Position numbers and translations under genes: made by a program. The notes under the pieces are model-generated. The model saw only the letters and a list, made by a program, of their open reading frames with translations, was not told the origin of the DNA and ran no database searches. Source: an uncultured Acidobacteriaceae bacterium (lineage in GTDB: Bacteria; Acidobacteriota; Terriglobia; Terriglobales; Acidobacteriaceae). From it: DNA of 64,000 nt. Shown here piece by piece: positions 36,767 to 45,763 of this stretch; positions within the stretch are counted from its first letter, which is position 1, and each line of letters opens with the position of its first letter. The stretch lies in contig CAWITH010000035.1 of assembly GCA_963838935.1 (NCBI GenBank), forward strand, positions 84,536 through 148,535, in the 5' to 3' direction.

Positions 36767-37930
36767 CTAGTGCCGAAAATTGGCACCCATGATGGAAAGA
36801 TCGTCTTCTGCGAGACTTCGTATTATTTCATGCTGAAAGTAATTGCCGGAAGCTGCCGCTGTGTTCCCGTAACGCTTTTGGTACGTCGTACGGCTTTTCT
36901 CGATCGCTTCCTTCAGCCGATCGTAGAGATCCTTGTTCTTCCGGCCTTCCGCAACCTTGGCCTGATTGTAGAGTTTGATCTCATCCACCAGTAGACGGGC
37001 AAAGCGCTGGGCTTTGTGATGAATTTCCTGATCGTCGGGCGCGGCCGAGGAAGCCGGCGGCGTCTCGGGCGTTGCTGTCTTGGCATGACCGACCGGGAGC
37101 GGCTCGGCCAGAGCCGCCTCCGCAGCGCTCGCGACGGGCGCTGGAGCTTCACGCGCTGACGCCGCTGCTGCCATCACATGGCTGGGCGCATGCGAGGCGA
37201 AGGGATCGTTGAAAGCCGGCGCTGGCTGCACCGGCGCCTGCGATGACGGCGCCGTCGTCGCAGCACGGTCGCTGTCGGAAGGCGTCGCCTGCGCTTGCTT
37301 GCGGAGCGAGTTGACTTCGAGCCATGCGCTGGTCGAAAGCACCAGCAGTTCGAGGGCGCCGGCATCGAGCGAACCTCCCTCGCCAGTTCCGCTGTCGGCG
37401 TACACCAGGGCGGCCACTTTCTCTTTCAAGATCAAAGGAAGGATCTGGCATTCGCCGCTGGCTGGTTTTCCAAACTCCCGCAGGAAACGCGAGTCGAAAT
37501 CGGCAATTGGGGCGCTCGCCACCACGCGCTCGCCGATGGCGCGAGCCACAGCCGGAGCGTTTTCGTTGAGCGAGAAATCTTTCACCGCATCACTATTGGC
37601 GAAGCCGCGTGCCTGCCAACCCGTGCCATGGCTGCCCTTCACCACAAACAGCGCAACTCGAGCCGCATAGCGAGCGCTGGCATCGAGCAAGGCGCGCAGA
37701 ATCTCGCGCTGAGAAGTGCCCAGCTGGATTTCCCCCACCGCGCGCGCCAGATCCGCCGGACCGGACGCCGAAGCTGCATGTTGTGTGCTGGGCTCGCCGC
37801 TCCCAGGTGCAGCGGCGATTTCTTCCATTACCCGCCGGACAATCTCGCTGCGCAGTTGGCCCGTGTGTTGGTCCAAAACCTGGCCAACCACCCGTTCCAC
37901 AATCGGCTCAATCCAACCGCGCTCCTTCAT
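36767..37930 (-). CDS. hypothetical protein (GAF-like middle region, Pro/Ala linker, conserved basic C-terminal module)
   Basis: 387-aa ORF. The C-terminal segment HHKAQRFARLLVDEIKLYNQAKVAEGRKNKDLYDRLKEAIEKSR looks like a conserved module. No confident family call. Confidence 0.5.
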   Translation of the reverse strand: MKERGWIEPIVERVVGQVLDQHTGQLRSEIVRRVMEEIAAAPGSGEPSTQHAASASGPADLARAVGEIQLGTSQREILRALLDASARYAARVALFVVKGSHGTGWQARGFANSDAVKDFSLNENAPAVARAIGERVVASAPIADFDSRFLREFGKPASGECQILPLILKEKVAALVYADSGTGEGGSLDAGALELLVLSTSAWLEVNSLRKQAQATPSDSDRAATTAPSSQAPVQPAPAFNDPFASHAPSHVMAAAASAREAPAPVASAAEAALAEPLPVGHAKTATPETPPASSAAPDDQEIHHKAQRFARLLVDEIKLYNQAKVAEGRKNKDLYDRLKEAIEKSRTTYQKRYGNTAAASGNYFQHEIIRSLAEDDLSIMGANFRH

Positions 37931-38159
37931 TCGTGCTCCGAGGCAAAGCTCTCTTGACCAAGCTCTTGTTGGGGGAAGAAGGGAGCAGCCCTTCTAACCT
38001 CTTATTATATGGCCGCTTACAGGCGCTTTCCGCACACCTTGGTACCTGCCCTACAGGGTACCGGAGGCACCCATCGCCAGCCTGAGTGACATTTCTGGCG
38101 CGGCTGGGTCTAAACTCCGCGCCAAAAAGTCGGCCACCAAGTACAATAGCATTTCGACC

Positions 38160-39083
38160 ATGGGTCGTGTTGCTGGAAAAATCTGCATCAAGCAACGAAT
38201 GAGTACCATCCAACCCAACATAGAGCAACCGGTCAGCGAAGAGATGCAGCTGGTCCGGCGAGCCAAACGCGGCGACGATCAGGCGTTTGAAGAATTAGTG
38301 CGGCGCTATGATCGCAACGTTTTCCGCATTGCACAGCACATTACGCAGAACCGAGAGGACGCCGAAGATGTGGTTCAGGAAGCGTTCCTCAAAGCGTATA
38401 GCAACCTGGAAAAGTTCCAGGAACAGTCCAAGTTCTATACCTGGCTGGTGCGCATTGCGGTTAACGAAGCGCTGATGAAGTTGCGCCGCAGGAAGCCGGA
38501 ACGCACGGTTTCTCTGGACGAAGACGTAAAAACTGAAGATGACTCGCTGCCTCGTGAGGTTGCGGATTGGAGCCCCAATCCTGAGCAGATGTACAACCAG
38601 GCTCAGTTGCGGGACATTCTGACTCGCACCATTCAGGGATTGCCGGCTGGGTTCCGGACGGTGTTCGTGCTCCGTGACGTGGAAGGCCTCTCAACCGAAG
38701 AGACGGCCCAGGCGCTGGAGTTGAGCATCCCGGCGGTGAAGTCGCGGTTGTTGCGCGCGCGCCTGCAATTGCGCGAGCGGCTGAACCGGTACTTTCAGAA
38801 ACGAGGCGAGTGGAGATGGCGACCAGTGAAGTGTTCTGAGTTTCTTAACGAGTTAACCAACTACCTCGATGGCGCGCTGGACGCCCGGACCAAGTCCGAA
38901 CTCGACGATCACCTGGCGTGGTGTCACAACTGCTACGTGGTCTGCGACACCACTCGCAAAACCATAGAAATCTACCGCAACTCCGAACTCTACGAATTGC
39001 CCGACGATTTGCGCGCCCGTCTCCAGGCCGCCATCATGACCAAGTGTTCCGGGCACAAGAAATCGGGCCCGGCGAGCGGCTGA
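38160..39083 (+). CDS. ECF-type sigma-70 factor continuous, as assembled, with a zf-HC2 anti-sigma domain
   Basis: Region 2 (AFEELVRRYDRNVFRIAQHITQNREDAEDVVQEAFLKAY) and region 4 (LSTEETAQALELSIPAVKSRL). From 38826 (GTG) follows KCSEFLNELTNYLDG...HLAWCHNC, typical of anti-sigma N-termini. See the corresponding finding. Confidence 0.75.
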   Translation: MGRVAGKICIKQRMSTIQPNIEQPVSEEMQLVRRAKRGDDQAFEELVRRYDRNVFRIAQHITQNREDAEDVVQEAFLKAYSNLEKFQEQSKFYTWLVRIAVNEALMKLRRRKPERTVSLDEDVKTEDDSLPREVADWSPNPEQMYNQAQLRDILTRTIQGLPAGFRTVFVLRDVEGLSTEETAQALELSIPAVKSRLLRARLQLRERLNRYFQKRGEWRWRPVKCSEFLNELTNYLDGALDARTKSELDDHLAWCHNCYVVCDTTRKTIEIYRNSELYELPDDLRARLQAAIMTKCSGHKKSGPASG

Positions 39084-39104
39084 GCGCCGCGTTTTGGCTT
39101 TTTG
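39076..39104 (+). terminator. weak intrinsic terminator candidate
   Basis: GCGGC-tgagc-GCCGC followed by GTTTTGGCTTTTTG. It overlaps the stop codon at 39081-39083. Confidence 0.3.
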
Positions 39105-39202
39105 TGCTCCTGTTTGTTCCCCCTGACCTTCCCCCGTGGTTGCTTGAGTGTGTGCAAGTGCTTGATTCCGGTACGCCTATGGGACTGACCTGCCCCCCAT
39201 TT

Positions 39203-40186
39203 TTAGTCCAGGGATAATGAGACTTTCTCCGGGTTTGAGTTCTCTAACACAGCCGTCGTAACTCGCTTCTCGCCGCCGTCGAGGCTGTGGGAAAGTGGGA
39301 AACGCGGAGCGTTTTCCAAGCGGGCCCCGCCCGCGTCTTTTCCACAGCCCGTCGCCGCCCACGATTTTGCGAACTCCTCCGGGGTGAGATAGCCGAGCGC
39401 CGAATGCGGCCGCACCTGGTTGTAGTCGCACCGCCAAGTCTCGATCTTCTGCCGCGCGTCGGCCAGATCGAGGAACCAGTTCTCGTTCAGACACTCGTCG
39501 CGGAACTTGCCGTTGAAGCTCTCGATGAAGCCGTTCTCCATGGGCCGTCCGGGGGTGATGAAGTGCAGCTGCACCTGGTTCTCGTATGCCCATTGATCGA
39601 CCACCTGACTGGTAAACTCGGTCCCGTTGTCGATCACGATCGCCTCCGGCTTGCGGCCCCTTCTCTTCAGGTCTTCCAGCACTCGCACCACGCGCTGACC
39701 CGGCAACGAGGTGTCCACTTCGATGCGCGGCGCGTAGCGCGTGAAGCCGTCCATCAGGTTCAGAGTTCGGAACTTGCGCCCACTGGCGAACGCATCCTGC
39801 GTGAAGTCCATGGTCCAGACCTGGTCGGGGCGCACCGGTAGCTGCAGGGGTACGCGTGCGGCGCTCGTCGGCATCCTCCGCCGTCCTCGCTTCCGTCGCA
39901 GCCCCAGCTTCTCCTCCACGTACAGTCGGTACACCCGTTTATGGTTCACCGCGAAGCCCTCGCGTTGCAGCAGGATCTTCAGCCGTCGATAACCGAACCG
40001 TCGCCGGGTCGCAGCCAGTTCGCGCAGCCGCTCCCGCAAACGCGGATCGTCGACCCTGCGCCGCCGATACCGGCAGGTCGCCCGATGTACCTTCACTAGC
40101 CCGCAGGCGCGTCGCTCCGAAACCGTGGCTTCCGAGCGCATCACTCCCACCGCCTGCCTCTGCATCTGCGGGCCTACCACTTTTTT
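39203..40186 (-). CDS. IS3-family transposase OrfB (DDE/rve integrase core), expressed as OrfAB by -1 frameshift
   Basis: The frame is open from the slippery site. It carries rve-domain features (WTMDFT..., IVIDNGTEFTS, ...ESFNGKFRDECLN). The stop lies inside the terminal repeat. Confidence 0.85.
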   Translation of the reverse strand, partial: KKVVGPQMQRQAVGVMRSEATVSERRACGLVKVHRATCRYRRRRVDDPRLRERLRELAATRRRFGYRRLKILLQREGFAVNHKRVYRLYVEEKLGLRRKRGRRRMPTSAARVPLQLPVRPDQVWTMDFTQDAFASGRKFRTLNLMDGFTRYAPRIEVDTSLPGQRVVRVLEDLKRRGRKPEAIVIDNGTEFTSQVVDQWAYENQVQLHFITPGRPMENGFIESFNGKFRDECLNENWFLDLADARQKIETWRCDYNQVRPHSALGYLTPEEFAKSWAATGCGKDAGGARLENAPRFPLSHSLDGGEKRVTTAVLENSNPEKVSLSLD

Positions 40187-40440
40187 GTGACCACCGCCTG
40201 CAACGCTCGCTTGTCCAGGAGCAGTTCGGCCACGGCGTGCTTCAGCTGCCGGTTTTCCTCCTCCAGTTGCCGCAGGCGCCGCGCCTCGCTCACTTCCATC
40301 CCGCCGTACTTCGCCTTCCAGCGGTACAGGCTCCCGCGTGTGATCCCGTGCCGCCGGCACAACTCGTCGGGTGCTATCCCAGCCTCCGCCTCCTTCAGGA
40401 CGGCGATGATCTGTTCTTCGTTAAAACGACTCTTGCGCAC
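40174..40440 (-). CDS. IS3-family transposase OrfA (HTH)
   Basis: 88 aa, MRKSRFNEEQIIAVLKEAEAG...LYRWKAKYGGM, followed by a leucine-zipper-like region. It ends just after the slippery heptamer A-AAA-AAG (40186-40180). Confidence 0.85.
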   Translation of the reverse strand: MRKSRFNEEQIIAVLKEAEAGIAPDELCRRHGITRGSLYRWKAKYGGMEVSEARRLRQLEEENRQLKHAVAELLLDKRALQAVVTKKW

Positions 40441-40659
40441 GACTCCTCCTCTCTGGCCCTGAGCGGGCCATCGTAAATGGAGAAGTCACATTTCCAATGG
40501 ACTAATTTCCGGGGGGCAGGTCAGGACGTACCTGCGGGGCCATGGGTAGTCAGAACCTTTTCCGCACAGAACGAATCTAACTATGTAGAGCCCGTTCCAG
40601 ATATTCAAACAAAGGGAACGAGCCAGCTTTCTCGCTCTTAATTCTGTGGAGGTCACCCA

Positions 40660-40887
40660 ATGTTTTCGAAGTTGTGGGATGCCATGTTTGGTTGTCGGCA
40701 CGCTCGCTATACCTTTCCCATCACGGTACGCGCCGGTTCGCGTCGCACTTCGGCCCAGCGGACGGGCACTTACGTCGCGTGCCTGGATTGCGGCAAGGAA
40801 TTCCGCTACGATTGGCGCGAAATGAGGATCGTGGGATCGCAGACAAGAGAAATTGCGCACTCCCTGACAACGAAAGAAGCCGCGTAA
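40660..40887 (+). CDS. small zinc-ribbon-like hypothetical protein
   Basis: 75 aa with GGAGG 7 nt upstream of the ATG. Contains CRH...CLDCGKEF cysteine/histidine pairs. Confidence 0.5.
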   Translation: MFSKLWDAMFGCRHARYTFPITVRAGSRRTSAQRTGTYVACLDCGKEFRYDWREMRIVGSQTREIAHSLTTKEAA

Positions 40888-41038
40888 GGGCTCGCATTTT
40901 AGGCCCTCGCGACCGAAATTGAACATCCACACTTAGCCCTCCCCAGTTCTTGCTCCGCGTTTTCCCATTTTTGGATCGCATTCCGAACCACTCTCGAATT
41001 TCTGGATCGCACACTCGCATCCCAGCTAGAGAACTCCA

Positions 41039-42010
41039 TCACTTTGCTTGTATCCAGAACGAACACCCACTTTGGGGAACGTCGGCGAGTTGAGGCTCAC
41101 TCCAAAACGTGTCCAGCACTTTAGCGAGATGAGGGGTCATGCTGACGTAGTGATTGGGCAGGATTATGTCGTAGCTGCTGTGTCCCGCCAGCAAACTGGC
41201 CGCCAGTAAGTACTGTTCGGACCAATACCGGTGGGGGTAAAACCGCTGCAGCCACCAAGGCTTGTAATCGATGGGCAAAAAGATGTCGTGGATGTGAACC
41301 AGCACGCCCGGCCGGAGTCGGGGAAGAATCTCAAGGAAAAAGACCGTCACATCCGAATTCATGAAACTTCGATGCGATCCATCCATGAACAACACATCTC
41401 GCGCACCAAGCCGGTTAATCACGTTTAGGTCGCACTCTTCGAGCGGTTGCCGGACGATCTCGTCGCATAGTGGATCGACTTCCGCTCGCGGGTGGGGATC
41501 GATCGAGATGATTTTCGTTTGCAGTTGATGATCGCGAATAGCCCGCCGAGCCAACTTGGTTGAGTTCCCCGATCCTATCTCCAGCAATAGCGCTGGGTTT
41601 CGGGTGGCGAGAAACCCATACAGCGCGAACGTGTCAAGTCCGTCCAGCCATTCGTTGATCCAACCCGGCTCCGGAGACGAACTGGGTTGGCGCAGAGGTA
41701 AGCGCAGCATGTCATGGGAGAAATCCAAGAACTGTGCAAGCAGAGAGCGATAATCCTCCTCGTGCGCAGCGAGGATGCGGGCAATTTCGGGATGCGGCGG
41801 TCTCCCGTAGCCGTAACGAGGAAGCGCCTCGACTTTGTAATCGAGAAAAATCGGCTGATATCCGTTGGCAACTCGCCGAAGATTCATCAAGATCGGCAGG
41901 AAGCCAGGACCGTCCGCGAGCTTCCTCATCAGCTTCTTTTGCATACCGTAGGTTGGAGAGCCCAAGTCTACTATCGCGTCGGGTGCAGTGCCAAGGGCTG
42001 AAAGCGCCAC
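41039..42010 (-). CDS. class I SAM-dependent methyltransferase-like protein (Methyltransf_24-like)
   Basis: 323 aa with LLLEIGSGNSTKLARRAI and DVLFMDGSHRSF motifs. The local GC appears lower than in flanking genes. Confidence 0.6.
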   Translation of the reverse strand: MALSALGTAPDAIVDLGSPTYGMQKKLMRKLADGPGFLPILMNLRRVANGYQPIFLDYKVEALPRYGYGRPPHPEIARILAAHEEDYRSLLAQFLDFSHDMLRLPLRQPSSSPEPGWINEWLDGLDTFALYGFLATRNPALLLEIGSGNSTKLARRAIRDHQLQTKIISIDPHPRAEVDPLCDEIVRQPLEECDLNVINRLGARDVLFMDGSHRSFMNSDVTVFFLEILPRLRPGVLVHIHDIFLPIDYKPWWLQRFYPHRYWSEQYLLAASLLAGHSSYDIILPNHYVSMTPHLAKVLDTFWSEPQLADVPQSGCSFWIQAK

Positions 42011-42160
42011 TATCCAACAACAAACATGGTTAAAATTCCACTAACTCCCTTGCCTCTGACGAGCGCATAATTGAGTTGGCGCCGACCCGCGGAGCATACT
42101 TCGGCCCTTGAGAAGCGTTCCCGCTTGCGGTTCGGACGGGAGGTGTCTGTGCCTCTTTCC

Positions 42161-42631
42161 ATGCTTCGGGAATTCCTGGATCGTAACCGCATTCAATATC
42201 TGGTGATCTCGCACTCGGTGGCCTACACGGCTCAGGGGATTGCCGCCCTTACCCACACACCTGGAAAAGAACTGGCAAAAACCGTCATGGTCATGGTCGA
42301 TGGACGTCTCGCCATGGCGGTGGTGCCGGCTTCATTCCGCGTAGATCTGTACCGGCTGAAAAAATACCTGGGGGTAGACTCGGTGGAACTGGCCAGCGAG
42401 TTCGAATTTCGCGACCGTTTTCCCGACTGCGAAACCGGTTCCATGCCGCCGTTCGGCAATCTCTATGGCATGGATGTTTTCGTGGACCAAGCCCTGGCCG
42501 AGGACAAGGAGATCGCCTTCAACGCCGGTTCACATCGTGAACTGGTGCGCATGAAGTTTGCCGATTTCCGCGATCTGGTGAAACCGGCAATCATCCCGCT
42601 GGCGGGCAAAGCCCATATTCACGCGGCTTGA
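42161..42631 (+). CDS. YbaK/aminoacyl-tRNA deacylase-domain protein
   Basis: MLREFLDRNRIQY...ELAKTVMVMVDGRLAMAVVPA...GSMPPFGNLYGMDVFVD...IAFNAGSH matches the YbaK/EbsC-like fold pattern. Start set at the internal ATG. Confidence 0.65.
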   Translation: MLREFLDRNRIQYLVISHSVAYTAQGIAALTHTPGKELAKTVMVMVDGRLAMAVVPASFRVDLYRLKKYLGVDSVELASEFEFRDRFPDCETGSMPPFGNLYGMDVFVDQALAEDKEIAFNAGSHRELVRMKFADFRDLVKPAIIPLAGKAHIHAA

Positions 42632-42641
42632 GTGCTGCGAC

Positions 42642-42726
42642 AGTCGTCGGTCAATAGTCGCTGGTCGTTAGCGTTTGTAGCTGGAGTCGTTGCTCGCAAA
42701 CGACGAACGACCATCGACCAACGACT
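42642..42726. repeat. GTCGTT-rich long imperfect palindrome
   Basis: AGTCGTCGGTCAATAGTCGCTGGTCGTTAGCGTTTG is near-complementary to CAAACGACGAACGACCATCGACCAACGACT. Same motif family as 9187-9274. Confidence 0.7.
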
Positions 42727-42871
42727 TGTTGCCGAAACCGCCAAGCCGGCGATCGTCGGGCAAGGTGGGATATCCCTCTTTTTTCATACAATCTTCACAA
42801 ATCACTGTGTTAGATTTGCCCTTCTCACCTCAAATCGAAATTTCCTGGAGGAAACTGAATTGGGCAAGGAC

Positions 42872-43417
42872 ATGGTCCCCAAGAAAATCTTCTTCACCAA
42901 AGGTGTGGGGAAACACCGGGAACGCCTCACTTCTTTCGAACTCGCCTTGCGCGACGCCGGCATCGCGGCGCAAAATCTGGTCCGTGTCTCGTCCATCTTT
43001 CCGCCCAACTGCAAACTCGTTCCGCGTTCGCAGGGACTCACGTATCTGCACCCGGGAGAAGTGGTATTCGCGGTGGTTGCCGAAAATTCCACCCACGAAC
43101 CGCACCGCCTGCTGGCCTCTTCGATTGGCGTCGCCATCCCCGCCGATCGCAATACCTACGGATATCTGAGCGAGCACCACTCGTTCGGAGAGACCGAAGA
43201 CGCCGCCGGAGACTACGCGGAGGAACTAGCCGCTGAAATGCTGGCCACCACGCTGAACGTGGAGTTCGATTCTGACCGGTCCTGGGACGAGAAAAAAGAG
43301 ATCTATCGCATTTCCAACAAAATCGTCCGCACCGCCAACGTGACGCAGTCAGCAGTCGGCGATAAACGCGGCCTTTGGACCACCGTAATTGCCTCGGCCG
43401 TCCTCATCTTCGACTGA
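42872..43417 (+). CDS. pdaD: pyruvoyl-dependent arginine decarboxylase
   Basis: 181 aa, [15 protein letters not shown]..., with the self-cleavage serine pair in [13 protein letters not shown] 42872 is preferred; the upstream part of the longest ORF runs through the repeat. Confidence 0.85.
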   Translation: MVPKKIFFTKGVGKHRERLTSFELALRDAGIAAQNLVRVSSIFPPNCKLVPRSQGLTYLHPGEVVFAVVAENSTHEPHRLLASSIGVAIPADRNTYGYLSEHHSFGETEDAAGDYAEELAAEMLATTLNVEFDSDRSWDEKKEIYRISNKIVRTANVTQSAVGDKRGLWTTVIASAVLIFD

Positions 43418-43446
43418 TTTGTGTAGAGCGGACACTCCTGTCCGCC

Positions 43447-44580
43447 CTACATGAGTTGAGCCACCGTCTTCTCCGCGGCCGGTTTCTTCTTCAACCGCTC
43501 CAGCACGGCCGCCACGATCAGCGGCAGACCAACGGTCGCATCCACGAACACTTCGCCGAACTTTCCACCTTCCGCCGTAGGCACGAACTTGCCCCAGGAA
43601 ACCGCTTCGCTGTAAGGACTGCCCGAAAGTCCGCCCCAGTACACCGGTTCCGGACAGATGCGCAATCCATAGTGATAGCGCTTCAGCGGCAGGTCTTCTC
43701 CGCCGCGGCGATGACGCAGTTCGATGAACGGCCCGAACTGTTGCGACCAGTTGCGCGGAACGCCGCCGCCGATGGTGAAGATTCCCAGCCGCTTTTGACG
43801 GAGCAGGGTCGCGGCAAAGTGTTCCAGGTCTTCAAACGGATCGAAGCGGAATCGCGGCTTCTTTAGCTTGTCACGCTCGCGGTTGGTCAGCGCAAAATCC
43901 AGGCCGAGTTCAGAATCGGAGAACGCGGGCACAAACACGGGGACATTCTTCTCATAAGCCGACTTCAGGATGCCGCGCTCTTTGCCACGCTTCGCGAGAT
44001 GCGCTCCGATGGCGCGGTTCAGCTTATACGAGCACATCACTTCGTCCGAGTCCCAGGCGCTGAATACCGCGTGCATGACGCGCTCCACATCATCGAGATT
44101 CTGCTCGGGCTCGAGCGTGTCATAGACGCGGTTGTATCCGGCCTCGTAAAGCTCCTCGTCGCTGAGCTCGGGATTGTGCCGGAAATGCGCGCGCCCGGTG
44201 GCTTCGACCAGCCCATGAGCCATCAGCGCGCCGGTAGAAACGATGGCATTCACGATGCCGCGATCGATCAACTCCGCAATCACCAGGCCTTGCTTGGCCA
44301 CGGTCATCGCGCCCGCCAGCGTCATGACGACAAAGCAGTCCTGGTCGCGCGCCATGGCTTCGAGCACGTCAGCAGCCTCACCGAGCTGGCGGCCAGTAAA
44401 GGCCGTCCTGGACATGGCGCGCACCAGATCGTCAATGGATTTGATCTTGGCGAGATCGAGCGGCTCCAGCGGAATCAGGCGGTCGGCAACTGGGTCATGC
44501 AGTTTGCGGTCGATCCCCGCGCCCTCGTCACGTCTAGCCTCATCATGAGTACCGTGCTTCGCGCTGCTTTTGTGCTTCAA
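43447..44580 (-). CDS. deoxyhypusine synthase-like protein (candidate homospermidine synthase)
   Basis: DHS-family motifs TLAGAMTVAKQG, IVSTGALMAHG, TIGGGVPRNW and GGLSGSPYSEAVSWGK. Confidence 0.8.
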   Translation of the reverse strand: MKHKSSAKHGTHDEARRDEGAGIDRKLHDPVADRLIPLEPLDLAKIKSIDDLVRAMSRTAFTGRQLGEAADVLEAMARDQDCFVVMTLAGAMTVAKQGLVIAELIDRGIVNAIVSTGALMAHGLVEATGRAHFRHNPELSDEELYEAGYNRVYDTLEPEQNLDDVERVMHAVFSAWDSDEVMCSYKLNRAIGAHLAKRGKERGILKSAYEKNVPVFVPAFSDSELGLDFALTNRERDKLKKPRFRFDPFEDLEHFAATLLRQKRLGIFTIGGGVPRNWSQQFGPFIELRHRRGGEDLPLKRYHYGLRICPEPVYWGGLSGSPYSEAVSWGKFVPTAEGGKFGEVFVDATVGLPLIVAAVLERLKKKPAAEKTVAQLM

Positions 44581-44733
44581 GAAGGAACCTCCAGAATGAA
44601 AACCGATTTTGATCGAAGAAACAATTTACTAGAAGTGGGAGAATCGCGGCGACTCGCTTTTACATCGCCGTAACATTCACGCCCGCAGCGGGCACTTTGG
44701 TATCCTAGGACGCAATCACAGGTTGGAGAACAC

Positions 44734-45639
44734 GTGCCAGACAAATTCACCGTCGCCCTGATCCAGATGTCGTGCGGCCGCGAGCCGGCCGACAATCTGG
44801 CCAAAGCGCTCGATCGCGTTTCGGATGCGGCCCGCAAGGGCGCCAACGTGGTCTGCCTGCCTGAGCTCTTTCAGACACAGTATTTCTGCCAGCGCGAAGA
44901 TGCCGCTCTGTTCGATCTGGCCGAGACGATTCCCGGCGCGGGCACGGAGAAGCTCGCCGCGGCTGCCCTGAAGAATAAAATCGTGCTGATCGCATCGCTC
45001 TTCGAGAAGCGCGCTCCTGGCCTCTATCACAATACGGCGGTGATCTTCGACTCGGATGGCGCGCTCCGCGGCACGTACCGCAAGATGCACATTCCCGACG
45101 ATCCGCTGTATTACGAAAAGTTTTATTTCACGCCCGGCGATCTCGGCTTCAAGGCCTTTGACACGTCTGCCGGAAAACTCGGCACGCTGGTCTGCTGGGA
45201 CCAGTGGTATCCAGAGGGCGCGCGCCTCACCGCATTGCAGGGAGCAAGCATCCTGTTTTACCCCACAGCGATCGGATGGCATCCCGCGGAAAAGGCTGAA
45301 TTTGGCGAGGCGCAACACGATGCCTGGCGCACCATCCAGCGCGCTCACGCAATCGCAAACGGTGTTTATGTCGGAGTGGTGAATCGCGTCGGCTTCGAGA
45401 CGGGCAACATCCGCGGCAATTCCGCGCCTGGCAAAGGCCTCGAATTCTGGGGAGGGTCGTTTTTCTGCGATCCCTTCGGCCGCGTGCTAGCCGAAGCTTC
45501 GCACGATAAAGAAGAGATTCTGCTGGGCGAGGTGGACTTGCGGCATCTTGAGGAGACGCGGAGGAATTGGCCATTTCTGCGCGACCGGCGGATTGACAGT
45601 TACGCGGCAATCACGAGCCGAATGTTGGATGAAAAGTGA
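44734..45639 (+). CDS. aguB: N-carbamoylputrescine amidase (CN-hydrolase)
   Basis: VALIQMSC, CLPELF, and GTLVCWDQWYPE (catalytic Cys), as in N-carbamoylputrescine amidohydrolases. GTG start. Confidence 0.8.
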   Translation: MPDKFTVALIQMSCGREPADNLAKALDRVSDAARKGANVVCLPELFQTQYFCQREDAALFDLAETIPGAGTEKLAAAALKNKIVLIASLFEKRAPGLYHNTAVIFDSDGALRGTYRKMHIPDDPLYYEKFYFTPGDLGFKAFDTSAGKLGTLVCWDQWYPEGARLTALQGASILFYPTAIGWHPAEKAEFGEAQHDAWRTIQRAHAIANGVYVGVVNRVGFETGNIRGNSAPGKGLEFWGGSFFCDPFGRVLAEASHDKEEILLGEVDLRHLEETRRNWPFLRDRRIDSYAAITSRMLDEK

Positions 45640-45653
45640 GACTCTTGATGCTT

Positions 45654-45712
45654 GTCATCCTGAGCGCAGCAGAAACTTCACGACATGAAGTTTTTGCGGA
45701 GTCGAAGGACCC
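45654..45712. repeat. REP-like element with inserted hairpin
   Basis: GTCATCCTGAGCG + AAACTTCA-cgaca-TGAAGTTT + GAGTCGAAGGACC. Shares its outer core with 13428-13455. Lies between aguB and aguA. Confidence 0.6.
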
Positions 45713-45763
45713 CTACACCTCCCAACCTCCGCAGCCATCTTCTATCGCCGGAGAAACACGTTA

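Larger units (their letters stand above)
39186..40523 (-). mobile_element. IS3-family insertion sequence (IS407-like), 1338 bp, intact
   Basis: Terminal inverted repeats begin TGACCTGCCCCCC at both ends (39186-39198; reverse complement at 40511-40523). Flanked by a 4-bp direct repeat GGAC (39182-39185 and 40524-40527). Contains orfA/orfB with an A6G slippery site. Confidence 0.9.

Noticed and set aside
37931-38159. ECF-type autoregulated promoter (GGAAC-N16-CGT-like) and the GGTACC...GGGTACC hairpin upstream of the sigma gene.
   Set aside because: I found no convincing ECF -35/-10 pair. The hairpin (GGTACCTG/CAGGGTACC) is real, but its function cannot be argued from sequence alone.
40486-41020. 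Minus-strand ORFs 40486-40932 and 40721-41020 next to the IS as cargo or accessory genes.
   Set aside because: They start outside the IS boundary, are Arg/Ser-rich, lack an RBS, and overlap the better-supported plus-strand zinc-ribbon ORF.
42632-42871. 80-aa N-terminal extension of the arginine decarboxylase ORF, and ORF 42690-43169.
   Set aside because: The extension is a translation of the GTCGTT palindrome. The conserved PdaD N-terminus [11 protein letters not shown] starts at 42872.
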